A stretch of DNA of 64,000 nucleotides, from positions 14,002 through 78,001 of the forward strand of contig DBRB01000016.1 in NCBI GenBank assembly GCA_002305475.1. Direction: 5' to 3'. The position numbers and the translations under genes were made by a program. Below the pieces are notes generated by a model that saw nothing but the letters and a program-made list of their open reading frames with translations, was not told where the DNA came from and made no database searches. This DNA is from a candidate division WWE3 bacterium UBA1379 (GTDB taxonomy: Bacteria > Patescibacteriota > WWE3 > UBA101185 > UBA10185). This document shows positions 1 through 10,150 of the stretch, piece by piece. Numbering within the stretch: the first letter of the stretch is position 1; each line of letters starts with the position of its first letter.

Positions 1-1639
1 GAATAATCGGATTTAGCTTTCTCAAATGCCTCCATATCAAATACTGCAGCAGTATCAGGTCTTAAGGTCTCCCATAAATTGGCAACCGGTACTAAAGACT
101 TAGATAGGTAATATGCAAATTTTGATGCATATTTAGCTGAAGACAGAAAACTGCTGAGAGATCGGTATGCATCTTTCTTACCTAGAAGATAAAATCCACC
201 TCTCAGTCTGGAAAAAGGCTTTTCACTTTTTACAAAATGCTGATAGGCTTCATCGGAACTTGATCTTGCTTTATCGGGATTAAACTGCTGAAGATAGGTA
301 GGGACTTCAAAAATTGCTGAGGAAGCTGCAGATAGATTTCTATATACCTGTATTCCAGGAATAGCCGCAAACATAATAAATGCAAATATCAGAATTGCCA
401 GACCGGGCAGAACATATTTCTGCACTTTGGGGTTAACTGCAAAATGGGGAAGTTTTAGTTTAAATAAAACCGGAAGATGTATTTTTCTTTGGGAAACGGC
501 TTTTGGTAAATTCACTGTTGTTGGCTGATATATCTGAGAATCCTGCGTAGTAAGGGCTGGGGCCGGTTGATTTATCTCTGCAAGGGAGGTCATCTGCTCG
601 GGCATGGTCGCTTTCATTTTTTCTTTCTTCTTTTCCTCTATCAGTTTTGCCGGCTTAAAACTGTACGTATTAGTTTCATAACCCAGCCACGACAGGGTTT
701 GGATAATCCCATCCTTGAAAGGTACTTTCGGCTGCCAATCCAGATCTTTTAATGTTGCAATATCGGGGAAAACTTTTTTAAGCTGAATATGATTTGGTTT
801 TGATTCAAAAAGCAATTTTATTTCTCTGTTTGCCAGGCTCTTGAACAAGAATGCAATTTCCAGAGTAGAATACGGCTCCAGATTGATTAATGAAAAGATC
901 TTTCCCTTTGTATTATCACCGAAAATGCATTTAATAATTCCCGAAACAGCATCCGTGATATACAAATAATAATCTTTTTCCGTACCTTCTCCGTAAATAA
1001 CCAGATCCCGATTATTTTTCATACTGTCCAGCAATCTACCCAAATCCCCGCTTGTTTCCAGATCCATTTTAGGACCGTATATTTCAGGAAAACGGGCAAT
1101 TCTCACATCCGTTCCATATTTTTTGTAGTATTCCCATACTAAAGCTTCTGCATATCTTTTTGCTTCCGTGATGGAATACTTACCCTCCTCCATTGATGTT
1201 TTTCCAAAATACTGCTGAAGATCCAACTGAGACATCATACCCTGGTAGACATAGATTGATGAGGCCAGAACAAACTTGGCATCACTTCTTTTAGCCAAAT
1301 CCAACAGATTTTTAGTTCCGACAGCATTGGTAAGCAGGGAATCCAGACCAACTTCGTATTCATGCTCTTCCAGACTAGCGATATGGAAAATATAGTCCAC
1401 ACTTTCAATTTCTTGCGGAAGCCCGGTATTTATATCTACATCAAACAAAGCAAACTTGGGGTTTTTCAAAAGGTGATCAACAAAAATACGTTTACCGGAA
1501 CGGAAATTATCCAAAACGATTACTCTACTACCCTTTAAAAGCAGTGTTTCAACCAGATGTGAACCTATGAATCCGGCACCTCCTGCGATAAGCACAGTAG
1601 GAGTTAAGACAGATTTTTTAATAACATTTTTTTTCGTCA
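1..1639 (-). CDS. NAD-dependent epimerase/dehydratase family protein (SDR fold, UDP-sugar epimerase/decarboxylase-like) with a long C-terminal extension that carries a predicted transmembrane helix. Partial: the C-terminus runs past the window start.
   Basis: Reverse-strand translation from the ATG at 1639 gives MTKKNVIKKSVLTPTVLIAGGAGFIGSHLVETLLLKGSRVIVLDNF, a Rossmann GxxGxxG motif, with a YxxxK-type segment later. No minus-strand stop was reported before the window edge. The extension contains a hydrophobic stretch, VLPGLAILIFAFIMFAAIPGI. Confidence 0.75.
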
Positions 1640-1772
1640 TTCGGGCAGTTTTCCTCTCTATAAGTATATTTTTTTATAGAAAAATTTACAAGGATATGTT
1701 TATCGTAAAGCCTTTCTTGATTGTAAAAATGGACAAACAACAGTAAAATCCTTGTAGGAGGTCCGCCCGTTT

Positions 1773-2390
1773 ATGGAACTTAAGGAAATCATCAATACAG
1801 TATCAAAATATTTAAAACTGATCACCGCAATAGCACTAATAGGAGGCCTAGTAGGCACAGCATTATATTATGCTCTTCCAAAAAAATACTATGCATCAGG
1901 ATCGCTGGTAATATTCAGAACCATAGAAAACGGGGAAGGGCGCTATTTTACTTATGAAGGTTACTACGGACAACAAACCGCTCAGGCTTTCACCAATACC
2001 GTGGCAGGACTTTTGGAAAGTCTGGAAATAAAAAGAATTGCCTTGGAGGAAAAAGACATGCCGGTTAACGAACAGACAATACGAAAAGTATCCAGAATGA
2101 TCAGAATAAAAAAAGCATCTCCTCAAATTATTACCGTAATCACAACAGGATATACATCTGATGAAGCACTGCAGCTGTGGAACTCCGTTGCAGACAATAC
2201 TATAGGCAAAGCCAATGAAATAAATAAAACGGGGGACCCGAATCTGCAAATAGCAAAAATTGACCGTCCGGTTGTTAAGGAACAATTCTCCAATCTTTGG
2301 ATAAATACCCTCACGGGAATCTCACTTGGTCTTGTGGGCGGAATTATTTTGAGTTTTTTTATTAATTATTTAAAGGATCAGAAAAAATGA
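1773..2390 (+). CDS. Small bitopic membrane protein; possibly Wzz-like polysaccharide chain-length determinant.
   Basis: N-terminal TM (ITAIALIGGLVGTALYYAL) and C-terminal TM (ISLGLVGGIILSFFI) flank a soluble segment. It sits beside sugar-nucleotide and glycosyltransferase genes. Weak resemblance only. Confidence 0.3.
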   Translation: MELKEIINTVSKYLKLITAIALIGGLVGTALYYALPKKYYASGSLVIFRTIENGEGRYFTYEGYYGQQTAQAFTNTVAGLLESLEIKRIALEEKDMPVNEQTIRKVSRMIRIKKASPQIITVITTGYTSDEALQLWNSVADNTIGKANEINKTGDPNLQIAKIDRPVVKEQFSNLWINTLTGISLGLVGGIILSFFINYLKDQKK

Positions 2391-2788
2391 ATTTATATAC
2401 AGACGGAGGTTCGCGGGGAAATCCGGGACCGGCTGCAATAGGAGTGGTCATAAAAGACGATAAAGGAATAAATGTTTTTGAGATGGCAAAATACATCGGC
2501 AACGGAACTAATAACGAAGCTGAGTATACGGCGCTTGAGGAAGGTTTGAGTGAAGCAGTAAAGAGAAACATCACCGAACTAACCTGTTATCTGGACAGTG
2601 AACTGGTGGTCAAACAGCTTAACGGTTTGTACAAAGTGAAAAACGAACGAATTGCCGTACTGTACCAACGGGTAAAAAAACTGACGGAAAATTTTAATTC
2701 GCTAAAATTCATACACGTGCCCAGATCCAAAAACCATGAAGCTGATGCTTTAGTAAATAAGGCTCTTGATGCACGATTAATGAAATGA
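2387..2788 (+). CDS. rnhA: Ribonuclease H (RNase HI-type).
   Basis: N-terminal TDGGSRGNPGPAAIGVV motif. An acidic triad can be placed: the D of TDGG, the E of NNEAEY, and the D of EADALVN. Size is right for RNase H. ATGA start overlap with the upstream gene. Confidence 0.7.
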   Translation: MNLYTDGGSRGNPGPAAIGVVIKDDKGINVFEMAKYIGNGTNNEAEYTALEEGLSEAVKRNITELTCYLDSELVVKQLNGLYKVKNERIAVLYQRVKKLTENFNSLKFIHVPRSKNHEADALVNKALDARLMK

Positions 2789-3663
2789 GAATAAAATCAG
2801 ACAACCCCTGTGCTGAAGCAATCAAAAAAACCATTGCCTACAGAAGTTATTTCAAGTATCCCCTAACTGAGTTTCAGCTGAAAACCGTGCTTATCGGCAA
2901 TCAGAAATTCGGTTATAAACACTTCCATGATGAGCTTGTCAGATTGTTAAAAAAAGGGACGGTAAAATCCCGTAACAAACTATATTACGGTCCGGGGTTT
3001 AAACCGGTAGACTGGCAGAAACGTGCGGATATCTCACGTAGTCATATAAAAACAGCAGAAAATGTCTGCACCTTGTTATCTGTCATCCCCTGGATCAGAC
3101 TGGTAGGAGTCACCGGATCAGTATCCGCATATAACGCAGAAAAAGAGTCAGATGTGGATATATTTATCATAACTGCAAAAAACCGGGTATGGATTACAAG
3201 ATTTTTTGCAGTACTCATTTTAAAAACCATCGGCAAATACCGTACCGATAAGACACCCGGAGGAAAAATCTGTCCCAATATTTTTGTTGACGAAAACAAC
3301 ATGAGTTGGCCAACAGAAAAAAGAAATCTATTTGTTGCTACAGAAATCATTATGATGCATCCGCTGATAAACAAAGACAATACATATTTCAGATTAATTA
3401 AAGCTAACCAATGGATATTTGATTACTACAAAGGATTTAATATCAGCTTCGGCAGTTTAAAAGACCCAAAAACAAATAAGAAAACATCAGGACTAGTCGG
3501 AAGTATGGAAAACATTCTGCGAATTTTGCAAAAAAAATACATGAAGAGTAAAAAAACTACGGAAGTAACTAACAAAGGTGTTATACATTTTAATCGAGAG
3601 GACTGGACGGAAAAAATATTGGAAAGATATGAAGACAATCTGAAGAAATTCTTAGGTAAATAA
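2785..3663 (+). CDS. Predicted Pol-beta-superfamily nucleotidyltransferase domain protein.
   Basis: GVTGSVSAYNAEKESDVDIFII matches the hG[GS]-x(9-13)-DxD signature of minimal nucleotidyltransferases. Confidence 0.35.
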   Translation: MRIKSDNPCAEAIKKTIAYRSYFKYPLTEFQLKTVLIGNQKFGYKHFHDELVRLLKKGTVKSRNKLYYGPGFKPVDWQKRADISRSHIKTAENVCTLLSVIPWIRLVGVTGSVSAYNAEKESDVDIFIITAKNRVWITRFFAVLILKTIGKYRTDKTPGGKICPNIFVDENNMSWPTEKRNLFVATEIIMMHPLINKDNTYFRLIKANQWIFDYYKGFNISFGSLKDPKTNKKTSGLVGSMENILRILQKKYMKSKKTTEVTNKGVIHFNREDWTEKILERYEDNLKKFLGK

Positions 3664-3719
3664 ATACGGGCAGACACTAAATAAGTTTTACACTCATCTA
3701 GTATCTGCCCCAAACTGCC

Positions 3720-4139
3720 TTACCATATAAAAGGATTCCATATAGATATAAGCCTCATACTTGAAATGATATCCGGAGGAAAAATTACAGAGTTGAGAGA
3801 ATCGTTGATCCTGATTTCCACACGAATCTTCGCCCAAAATATCAGGAAAGGTATTCTGATTACTCTTACAACTACGTTATCCGGATCCTCAATCCACCTT
3901 TCAAGTGTTTTGAAAGACTCTTTTGTAGATTCTCCTTTCATAAGATTAAGTTGTTTTATTAAAATCTCTAATTTCTCCGAAAAAATAAACAACTCATATT
4001 CAATATCTGGAGTAATATCCCTAACGAGGAAAAATTCAACCATCTTAGTGTCAGGATCCCGGACTACCCTTAAGCGACTCTTAATATGGGGATCCTTAAC
4101 TCCGTCAAACCCATATCTAATAACGTTGATCGTCATCAC
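3720..4139 (-). CDS. Hypothetical protein.
   Basis: 139-aa ORF with no recognisable motif; coding-like composition. Confidence 0.3.
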   Translation of the reverse strand: MMTINVIRYGFDGVKDPHIKSRLRVVRDPDTKMVEFFLVRDITPDIEYELFIFSEKLEILIKQLNLMKGESTKESFKTLERWIEDPDNVVVRVIRIPFLIFWAKIRVEIRINDSLNSVIFPPDIISSMRLISIWNPFIW

Positions 4140-4179
4140 ATCCTCCTTCTTTGTACTTCAAGTCTACCTTTTACCGATT

Positions 4180-4587
4180 TCACCTAAAAAAGGGATTTAA
4201 ACATGATACAAATCGTGAAGATAGATCAATACGAACTCCTTTGGCCTTAACAATTACCCTAACTTTCCAAAAAAGAATATAGTATGAAAACTCTACTTTT
4301 AACTCCATATGTTCCAATTTAGCCATCAGTTCTTTACAGAGATCATCCATATGGATATGTTCGTTCTCCAGCAAATCTTCTAACCCAAACAGAGTGATTA
4401 AACTTAACGCATTTCTGCTTTCCAAAAACAGTCGTTGATCTGTAATTATTTTGCCACCTAAAAACACCCGATGTCGTAAATATAAATTAATATTATCTTT
4501 GTTATTGTAGACGGGATCGATAAGGAGGGCGTATTCAGTGTACTGAATATCGTCTTCGCATCCGGATTTATCGGCTTGGTTACTCAC
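4180..4587 (-). CDS. Hypothetical protein.
   Basis: 135-aa ORF with no recognisable motif. Confidence 0.3.
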   Translation of the reverse strand: MSNQADKSGCEDDIQYTEYALLIDPVYNNKDNINLYLRHRVFLGGKIITDQRLFLESRNALSLITLFGLEDLLENEHIHMDDLCKELMAKLEHMELKVEFSYYILFWKVRVIVKAKGVRIDLSSRFVSCLNPFFR

Positions 4588-4665
4588 CTCAGTCTCCTTT
4601 CCTTTTTATATTTGGCTATTTATTGCATAAATATAACACATAAAGTCAATTTACCTCTTGACAAT

Positions 4666-4692
4666 CTGGCACTCCATGTACTAGAGTGATAA
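4666..4692 (+). promoter_or_regulatory. CIRCE-like HrcA operator overlapping the hsp20 promoter.
   Basis: The sequence is CTGGCACTC-catgtacta-GAGTGATAA, compared with the consensus TTAGCACTC-N9-GAGTGCTAA. A TTGACA -35 hexamer lies just upstream at 4658-4663 and a TGATAAT-like element follows. Confidence 0.6.
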
Positions 4693-4745
4693 TAGGACAG
4701 ATATTAGTAGATAGTTTTTTAATCTTAAACAAGGAGGTGATAAGT

Positions 4746-5186
4746 ATGGCACTAGTAAGATGGAACAGACCGGTACCGTCAATGTGGAGGTCTTTCTTTG
4801 ATGATGACAATTGGCCTATGTTAGCCAATTGGCCGGATTTATCAACTTCTTCCGGTTTAGATATATATGAAACCGACAATGATGTCGTGGTGGAGGCTCA
4901 GGTTCCTGGAATAAAAGAAGACGATGTTAATGTTCAGATTGAAGGTAATGTATTGACCATTACCGCTGAACATCAGGAAACTGAAGAAGAAAAGAAACAG
5001 AAAAAAACTGTATACAAAAGTACAAGACAGACATCATTCTCTTACTCCACCAGCTTACCCCGCATGGTTGACGCATCAAAAGCAGAAGCCGATGTGGAAA
5101 ACGGCGTTGTGCGTGTGACCATACCAAAAACCGAAGAAGAAAAACCTAAAAAGGTTGAAGTTAAAAAAAGAGTAGCGGTGAAGTAA
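4746..5186 (+). CDS. Small heat shock protein, Hsp20/alpha-crystallin family.
   Basis: Alpha-crystallin-domain pattern: DIYETDNDVVVEAQVPGIKEDDVNVQIEGNVLTITAEH ... GVVRVTIPK. AAGGAGGTGA RBS lies 5 nt before the ATG at 4746. Confidence 0.85.
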   Translation: MALVRWNRPVPSMWRSFFDDDNWPMLANWPDLSTSSGLDIYETDNDVVVEAQVPGIKEDDVNVQIEGNVLTITAEHQETEEEKKQKKTVYKSTRQTSFSYSTSLPRMVDASKAEADVENGVVRVTIPKTEEEKPKKVEVKKRVAVK

Positions 5187-5223
5187 CACACGTAGAAAAT
5201 TCTGAATTAAAGAGAATATAAAA

Positions 5224-5242
5224 GGGCGGCTAACTGCCGCCC
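5224..5242. terminator. Bidirectional rho-independent terminator between the convergent hsp20 and groEL genes.
   Basis: GGGCGGC-taact-GCCGCCC perfect 7-bp GC stem, flanked by A-run and T-rich sequence. Confidence 0.6.
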
Positions 5243-5271
5243 TTGTTAATTTTCATTATCAAACTACGCTC

Positions 5272-6924
5272 TTACATCATTCCGTCCATACCGCCCATTC
5301 CTGCTCCTGCACCCATTCCCGGTGTTTCTTCTTTCTTAGGAGCTTCCGTGACCAGGGAATCCGTAGTAAGAATCATAATTGCCACGGAAACCGCATTCTG
5401 CAGAGCACTTCTGGTTACTTTCGCCGGATCTATAATCCCTTCTTTGACCATATCTCCGTATTTCATGGTAATCACATTAAAACCAAGGTTCGGGTTGTTC
5501 TCTTCCGCTGCTCGGCGTTCAATTTCACCTAGCACTTTTCCTGCATCCTCACCGGAATTTTCAATCAGCACCCTGGCAGGTCTTTCCAGAGCATTTAATA
5601 ATATCTTTGCTCCGGTAGCTTCTTCACCTTCCAGCTTCAAAGAATCTTCCAAAGATTTCTTCACTCTTAATAATGCCACTTCACCACCTGGAACAATACC
5701 TTCCTCAACCGCAGCTTTTGTAGCATTCACAGCATCCTCAACTCTTAATTTCTTTTCTTTTAGTTCTGTTTCGGTTGCCGCACCAACATTAATAACTGCT
5801 ACACCACCGCTGAGTTTGGCCAAGCGTTCTTTCAGCTTATCTTTATCATAATCTGATGTTGTTTGTTCGATCTGGGCCTCAATTTGATGAATTCTGGCTT
5901 TTATTCTGTCTTCGGCGCCCTTTCCTCCTACGATAGTTGTATTGTCCTTATCGGAAATGACTCTTTCAGCTCTTCCCAGATCTTCCACTCTAACGGAATC
6001 CAGTTTTCTACCTACTTTTTCACTGATTAATGTTGCACCGGTTAATACGGCAATATCTTCCAGCATGGCATCTCTTCGATCTCCAAACCCGGGAGCTTTT
6101 ACTGCCAGAACATTAAATGTTCCTCTCAGTTTGTTAAGAACTAAAGTGGCAAGAGCTTCCCCGTCTACATCTTCCGAAATAATGACCAGATTCTTGGAAA
6201 CTTTCACAAAGTTTTCCAGCATCGGTAGAAGTTCCTGAAGATTGGAGACTTTGGCATCAGTGACCAGAAGATAAGGATCTTCAATCACTGCTTCCATTTT
6301 ATCGGGGTTTGTTACAAAGTAAGCTGATGCATAACCTTTATCAAACTGCATACCTTCCTTGTATTCCAGATCAATTTCAAATCCTTTGGATTCATCCACG
6401 GTAATCACACCTCTGTCGCCGACTTTTTCCATCGCTTCAGCTATCAGTTTTCCGATTTCTTCGTTCTGAGCAGAAATGGTAGCAATCTGGGCTTTTTCCT
6501 CCTTACCGGAAATCGGTTTTGCTAATTTCTGTATCTCTTCAACTGCTGCCTGCAGAGCTTTCTCCATTCCCTTTCGTACAATCATCGGGTTTGCTCCTGC
6601 AGAAATGTTCTTTAAACCTTCATCAACTATAGCCTGAGCCAGTACGGTAGCAGTTGTAGTACCATCCCCGGCAATATCATTGGTTTTAGATGCTGCATCT
6701 TTTACCAACTGAGCACCCATATTTTCAAACTTATCTTCCAGTTCAATTTCTTTGGCTACAGTTACTCCGTCATGGACCACCTGAGGTGCACCCCAGGATT
6801 TATCCAATGCGACATTACGTCCGCGCGGACCAAGAGTAGTAGCTACTGCACGCGCCAGTTTATCAACACCGGCTTTTAGTTTTGTTCTGGCGGCATCGCC
6901 ATAAATTACATTTTTTGCTGCCAT
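5272..6924 (-). CDS. groL: Chaperonin GroEL (Hsp60).
   Basis: [27 protein letters not shown] ... [15 protein letters not shown] ... C-terminal GGM repeat tail. AGGAGA RBS before the ATG at 6924. Confidence 0.97.
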   Translation of the reverse strand: MAAKNVIYGDAARTKLKAGVDKLARAVATTLGPRGRNVALDKSWGAPQVVHDGVTVAKEIELEDKFENMGAQLVKDAASKTNDIAGDGTTTATVLAQAIVDEGLKNISAGANPMIVRKGMEKALQAAVEEIQKLAKPISGKEEKAQIATISAQNEEIGKLIAEAMEKVGDRGVITVDESKGFEIDLEYKEGMQFDKGYASAYFVTNPDKMEAVIEDPYLLVTDAKVSNLQELLPMLENFVKVSKNLVIISEDVDGEALATLVLNKLRGTFNVLAVKAPGFGDRRDAMLEDIAVLTGATLISEKVGRKLDSVRVEDLGRAERVISDKDNTTIVGGKGAEDRIKARIHQIEAQIEQTTSDYDKDKLKERLAKLSGGVAVINVGAATETELKEKKLRVEDAVNATKAAVEEGIVPGGEVALLRVKKSLEDSLKLEGEEATGAKILLNALERPARVLIENSGEDAGKVLGEIERRAAEENNPNLGFNVITMKYGDMVKEGIIDPAKVTRSALQNAVSVAIMILTTDSLVTEAPKKEETPGMGAGAGMGGMDGMM

Positions 6925-7027
6925 ATGTTTTATTCTCCTAGGCGCCATAAACTCCATTTTGCGGATGTTATTAAGCGCATAAATTTAATATTAATTATAA
7001 ATATAAATACAAAAACAAGTGTAAATA

Positions 7028-7318
7028 TTACCCTTCAATTACTGCTAATATATCTTCTTCCCGAACCAAAAGCATATCCTTACCTTCCACTTTAACTTCA
7101 GTTCCTCCCCATTTTTTATACATCACAACATCACCGACTTTAACGGATAGTTCAATCTTTTTGCCGTCTTCAACCTTTCCGGGTCCGACAGCCAGAATTT
7201 TACCTTCCTGTGGTTTTTCCTTTGCGGTGTCTGGAATAACTATGCCGCTTGGAGTAGTAGTTTCTTTTTGAAGTGGTTCAATTAATACGTAATCTGAAAG
7301 AGGTTTAATTGACTTCAT
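7028..7318 (-). CDS. groS: Co-chaperonin GroES (Hsp10).
   Basis: 96 aa: [15 protein letters not shown] ... [31 protein letters not shown] upstream. Lies immediately upstream of groL. Confidence 0.95.
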   Translation of the reverse strand: MKSIKPLSDYVLIEPLQKETTTPSGIVIPDTAKEKPQEGKILAVGPGKVEDGKKIELSVKVGDVVMYKKWGGTEVKVEGKDMLLVREEDILAVIEG

Positions 7319-7374
7319 ATCTACCTCCCTAATCTAATATTAAATAAATACTAATTTAAATTGGCGTTAGTAAT

Positions 7375-7401
7375 GTAGCACTCTCTAATTGAGAGTGTCA
7401 A
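7375..7401 (-). promoter_or_regulatory. CIRCE operator upstream of groES-groEL.
   Basis: On the groES strand this reads TTGACACTC-tcaattaga-GAGTGCTAC, against consensus TTAGCACTC-N9-GAGTGCTAA. The left half doubles as a TTGACA -35 box. Confidence 0.7.
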
Positions 7402-7417
7402 TAGGTGACTGCCCGTA

Positions 7418-9235
7418 CTATTCAATAAATTTAGCGTAAATTCTCTGTTTACCGACTCCAAGGTTTTCCTGTTTATATAATTTAACCGGTTTCAACTCTT
7501 TAGTATTTGATACATGTGGACCTCCGCAAAACTCCTTGCTGAATGCACTAAACAGATCATCACCGATATAATATACACTGACATCACTTCCGTACTTGTC
7601 ACCAAAAAAATGCAAAGCTCCCGTTCTTTCGGCTTCTTCCTTAGACAGTACTATGGAGGATACAGGAAGACTTTCCGAAATCTTTTCATTAATAATTTCT
7701 TCAACCTCGTTAATTTCTTCTTCGGTTAATTTTTTTGGATGACTGAAATCAAAACGCAGACGTTCATTGGTAATATTACTTCCCTGCTGGGATACATGAT
7801 CACCTAAAACACTGCGAAGAGCCTGATGAAGAAGATGTGTGGTTGTGTGATATTTGATAACTGTATCGGTATGTTCCGCCAGTCCTCCCTTGAATTTTGT
7901 TTCAGCACCGCTTCGGGATCCTTCCTTGTGTTCTGTAAACAATTTTTCAAAAACTGTATTAAATTCCTGCTCATTTATGGATATTTTCTTTTCCTTGATA
8001 TCCTCCAAAAAGATTTCCGCCGGGTAACCGAAAGACTGGTAAAATTCAAAAGCAAGATTTGCCAATTCATCAATTGTGTAAGTATCCTTTGTTAATTTTT
8101 TCTCCAGTTCTTTCTGCCCTTTTTCCAGAGTTTTTCTGAAACGATCCTCCTCCAAAGCAAATACTCTTTCAATCTCCTGTCGTTTTGTTTCTAGCTGCGG
8201 ATACAGCCAGCTGAATGTTTCCGTCACTTTTTTCACCAGTCTGATTGACAGATCCTTTTCAAATCCCAGTGATCTTCCCGCTCTGGTCATTCTTCTAAGG
8301 AGTCTTCTTAGGATATATCCCTGATCCTTATTGGAAGGGGAAACTCCATCCATAGCCAGAAAAGTAGAAGCTCTCATATGATCAGCTAGTATTCTCATTG
8401 ATTTCTCAATTTCCAAATCCTCTGTGTATTTTCTACCGCTGATATTTTCTATCTCCTGAATAATCGGATAAAAATTATCCGTCAGGAAAATATCTTTTTT
8501 ACCCTGAACAACCAAAGCTAGTCTTTCCAGACCACCGCCGAAATCAACGTTTTTCTGCACCAGTTCTTCCCATCCGGTTTCGGTTTTTCTGTACTGCATG
8601 AAAACTGAGTTTCCGATCTCAAGAAATTCACCTTCATTATCCTCAGGGTTTTTTCTTATACCGCTGCCGTCACCAAGGTAATAAAAGATTTCACTGTCAG
8701 GACCACCTAACTCCCCTACCTTATCTCCACGCTTCCACCAGTTGGATTTCTTTCCATAGGCGAATATTCTTTCACCCTCTTTTGCTTCTATTCCGTATTT
8801 CTTAAAAACCTCTTTTAATATTTGAATGGATTCTTCATCCTTAGGGGCACTTTCATCCCCGGCAAATACAGTTGCAAATAGTTTTTCCGGACTTAATCCT
8901 AAAACTTCAATCAGGAATTCATAAACCCAGGGGAGCTGTTCTTTTTTGAAATAGTCACCCAGACTCCAATTCCCGATCATATGAAAAGCAATAGTATGTG
9001 TACTGTCACCCACCTCATCAATATCTTCAAAGCGTAAAGAACGTTGAACATTCACCAGTCTTTTGCCTGACGGATGGGGTTGTCCCGATAAATAAGGAAC
9101 TAGAGGAAACATACCGGAATTAACAAACAAAAGAGTTGGATCATTTTCCGGAACCAGGGACACATTAGGTATAAGAACATGACCCCTGTCCTCATAAAAT
9201 TTTATGAACTTTTCCAATACCTCTTTTGATGACAT
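7418..9235 (-). CDS. alaS: Alanine--tRNA ligase, compact form with catalytic and editing domains and no C-Ala domain.
   Basis: N-terminal class II AlaRS motifs: FVNSGM and the GNWSLGDYFK region. Editing-domain zinc motifs HTTTHLLHQAL and EFCGGPHV. Only 605 aa. Confidence 0.88.
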   Translation of the reverse strand: MSSKEVLEKFIKFYEDRGHVLIPNVSLVPENDPTLLFVNSGMFPLVPYLSGQPHPSGKRLVNVQRSLRFEDIDEVGDSTHTIAFHMIGNWSLGDYFKKEQLPWVYEFLIEVLGLSPEKLFATVFAGDESAPKDEESIQILKEVFKKYGIEAKEGERIFAYGKKSNWWKRGDKVGELGGPDSEIFYYLGDGSGIRKNPEDNEGEFLEIGNSVFMQYRKTETGWEELVQKNVDFGGGLERLALVVQGKKDIFLTDNFYPIIQEIENISGRKYTEDLEIEKSMRILADHMRASTFLAMDGVSPSNKDQGYILRRLLRRMTRAGRSLGFEKDLSIRLVKKVTETFSWLYPQLETKRQEIERVFALEEDRFRKTLEKGQKELEKKLTKDTYTIDELANLAFEFYQSFGYPAEIFLEDIKEKKISINEQEFNTVFEKLFTEHKEGSRSGAETKFKGGLAEHTDTVIKYHTTTHLLHQALRSVLGDHVSQQGSNITNERLRFDFSHPKKLTEEEINEVEEIINEKISESLPVSSIVLSKEEAERTGALHFFGDKYGSDVSVYYIGDDLFSAFSKEFCGGPHVSNTKELKPVKLYKQENLGVGKQRIYAKFIE

Positions 9236-9279
9236 AAAGACCTATTAACCTTTATGGGATTATACTACGCACAGTAAAA

Positions 9280-9951
9280 TTAAATAACAGATGCTCCTCC
9301 CGTTAACATCAGTATTAACTGCCCGACACCTCCCGAGAGGATATTTGCTACAAGTGAAGCATTTATCAATCTTTTGAAACTCAGCTGTCCGCTTTTATTA
9401 AAAATCACCAGTGTAGCTATTTCAAACATTATGGCAAAAACACCCAATGCAAAAATTACCATAAGCCCGGTAACGGGAAGAAACATTCCAGTCAGAGTGA
9501 TAAGCAATACGGAAATGAAATTTACAAAAACAATACTTCCCATCCATCTTCTTGTCCGAAACCCAATAAGGAAAAATATCGGAAGCTCAACAAAAAGAGC
9601 TGTTAAAACCAGGGGTGCCATAAAATGGTTAATATTTCCGGCATACTGTGAATAATGGTTGAAAGTGCTAGGTTTACTGTAACAATAGATCCGGTTTCCT
9701 TCCATTAATGTACCTTTACTTGACGCTAAACGGTATCCGGGTACTACATGATAACCGGCACATTCCTTTGAAGTAAGTAACGTAGTAAGACTGTTTTTGT
9801 AATTACAGGTAATCAATTGTTCATATGATTCGCAAAAAGGTTTTAAATAGATTTCCGGATAATCCATCTTTGCATATACAACCGAAACTTTCATGAGAAT
9901 AACCAGACATAGTATAAATATTCCCGTCTTAATAACCGTAATGTGGTTCAC
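9280..9951 (-). CDS. Hypothetical polytopic membrane protein.
   Basis: Several hydrophobic helices; no recognisable motif. Confidence 0.35.
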   Translation of the reverse strand: MNHITVIKTGIFILCLVILMKVSVVYAKMDYPEIYLKPFCESYEQLITCNYKNSLTTLLTSKECAGYHVVPGYRLASSKGTLMEGNRIYCYSKPSTFNHYSQYAGNINHFMAPLVLTALFVELPIFFLIGFRTRRWMGSIVFVNFISVLLITLTGMFLPVTGLMVIFALGVFAIMFEIATLVIFNKSGQLSFKRLINASLVANILSGGVGQLILMLTGGASVI

Positions 9952-9997
9952 AAATATATAATACTATATGGGTATGTAATGAAGAAGAAAATACTGT

Positions 9998-10072
9998 TGG
10001 AGGCCTGGGCGGGAATCGAACCCGCGAATAAGGGTTTTGCAGACCCTTGCCTTACCACTTGGCGACCAGGCC
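9998..10072 (-). tRNA. tRNA-Cys (anticodon GCA).
   Basis: Reverse complement: GGCCTGGTCGCCAAGTGGTAAGGCAAGGGTCTGCAAAACCCTTATTCGCGGGTTCGATTCCCGCCCAGGCCTCCA. It has a 7-bp acceptor stem, GTTCGATTC T-loop, anticodon loop CTGCAAA and an encoded CCA end. Confidence 0.85.
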
Positions 10073-10150
10073 ACAGTATATTATGTAATAAGTTGCCTGA
10101 TTTTATCAGGCGGTATTGATATTTTACCATGCGGATGATACCTTTTTAGT

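Noticed and set aside
567-752. 61-aa plus-strand ORF from the six-frame track.
   Set aside because: It lies entirely antisense within the long minus-strand epimerase-fusion reading frame. It is low-complexity (FHFFFLLFLYQF) and has no RBS.
5243-5851. 202-aa plus-strand ORF.
   Set aside because: Antisense to groEL. The Ser/Ala/Pro-rich low-complexity translation is typical of a shadow ORF opposite a highly expressed gene.
10094-10110. Hairpin GCCTGAT-ttt-ATCAGGC between tRNA-Cys and the PEGA/SH3b gene.
   Set aside because: No T-run follows on either strand and it sits in a divergent promoter region. It could be an operator, but a single palindrome is insufficient evidence.
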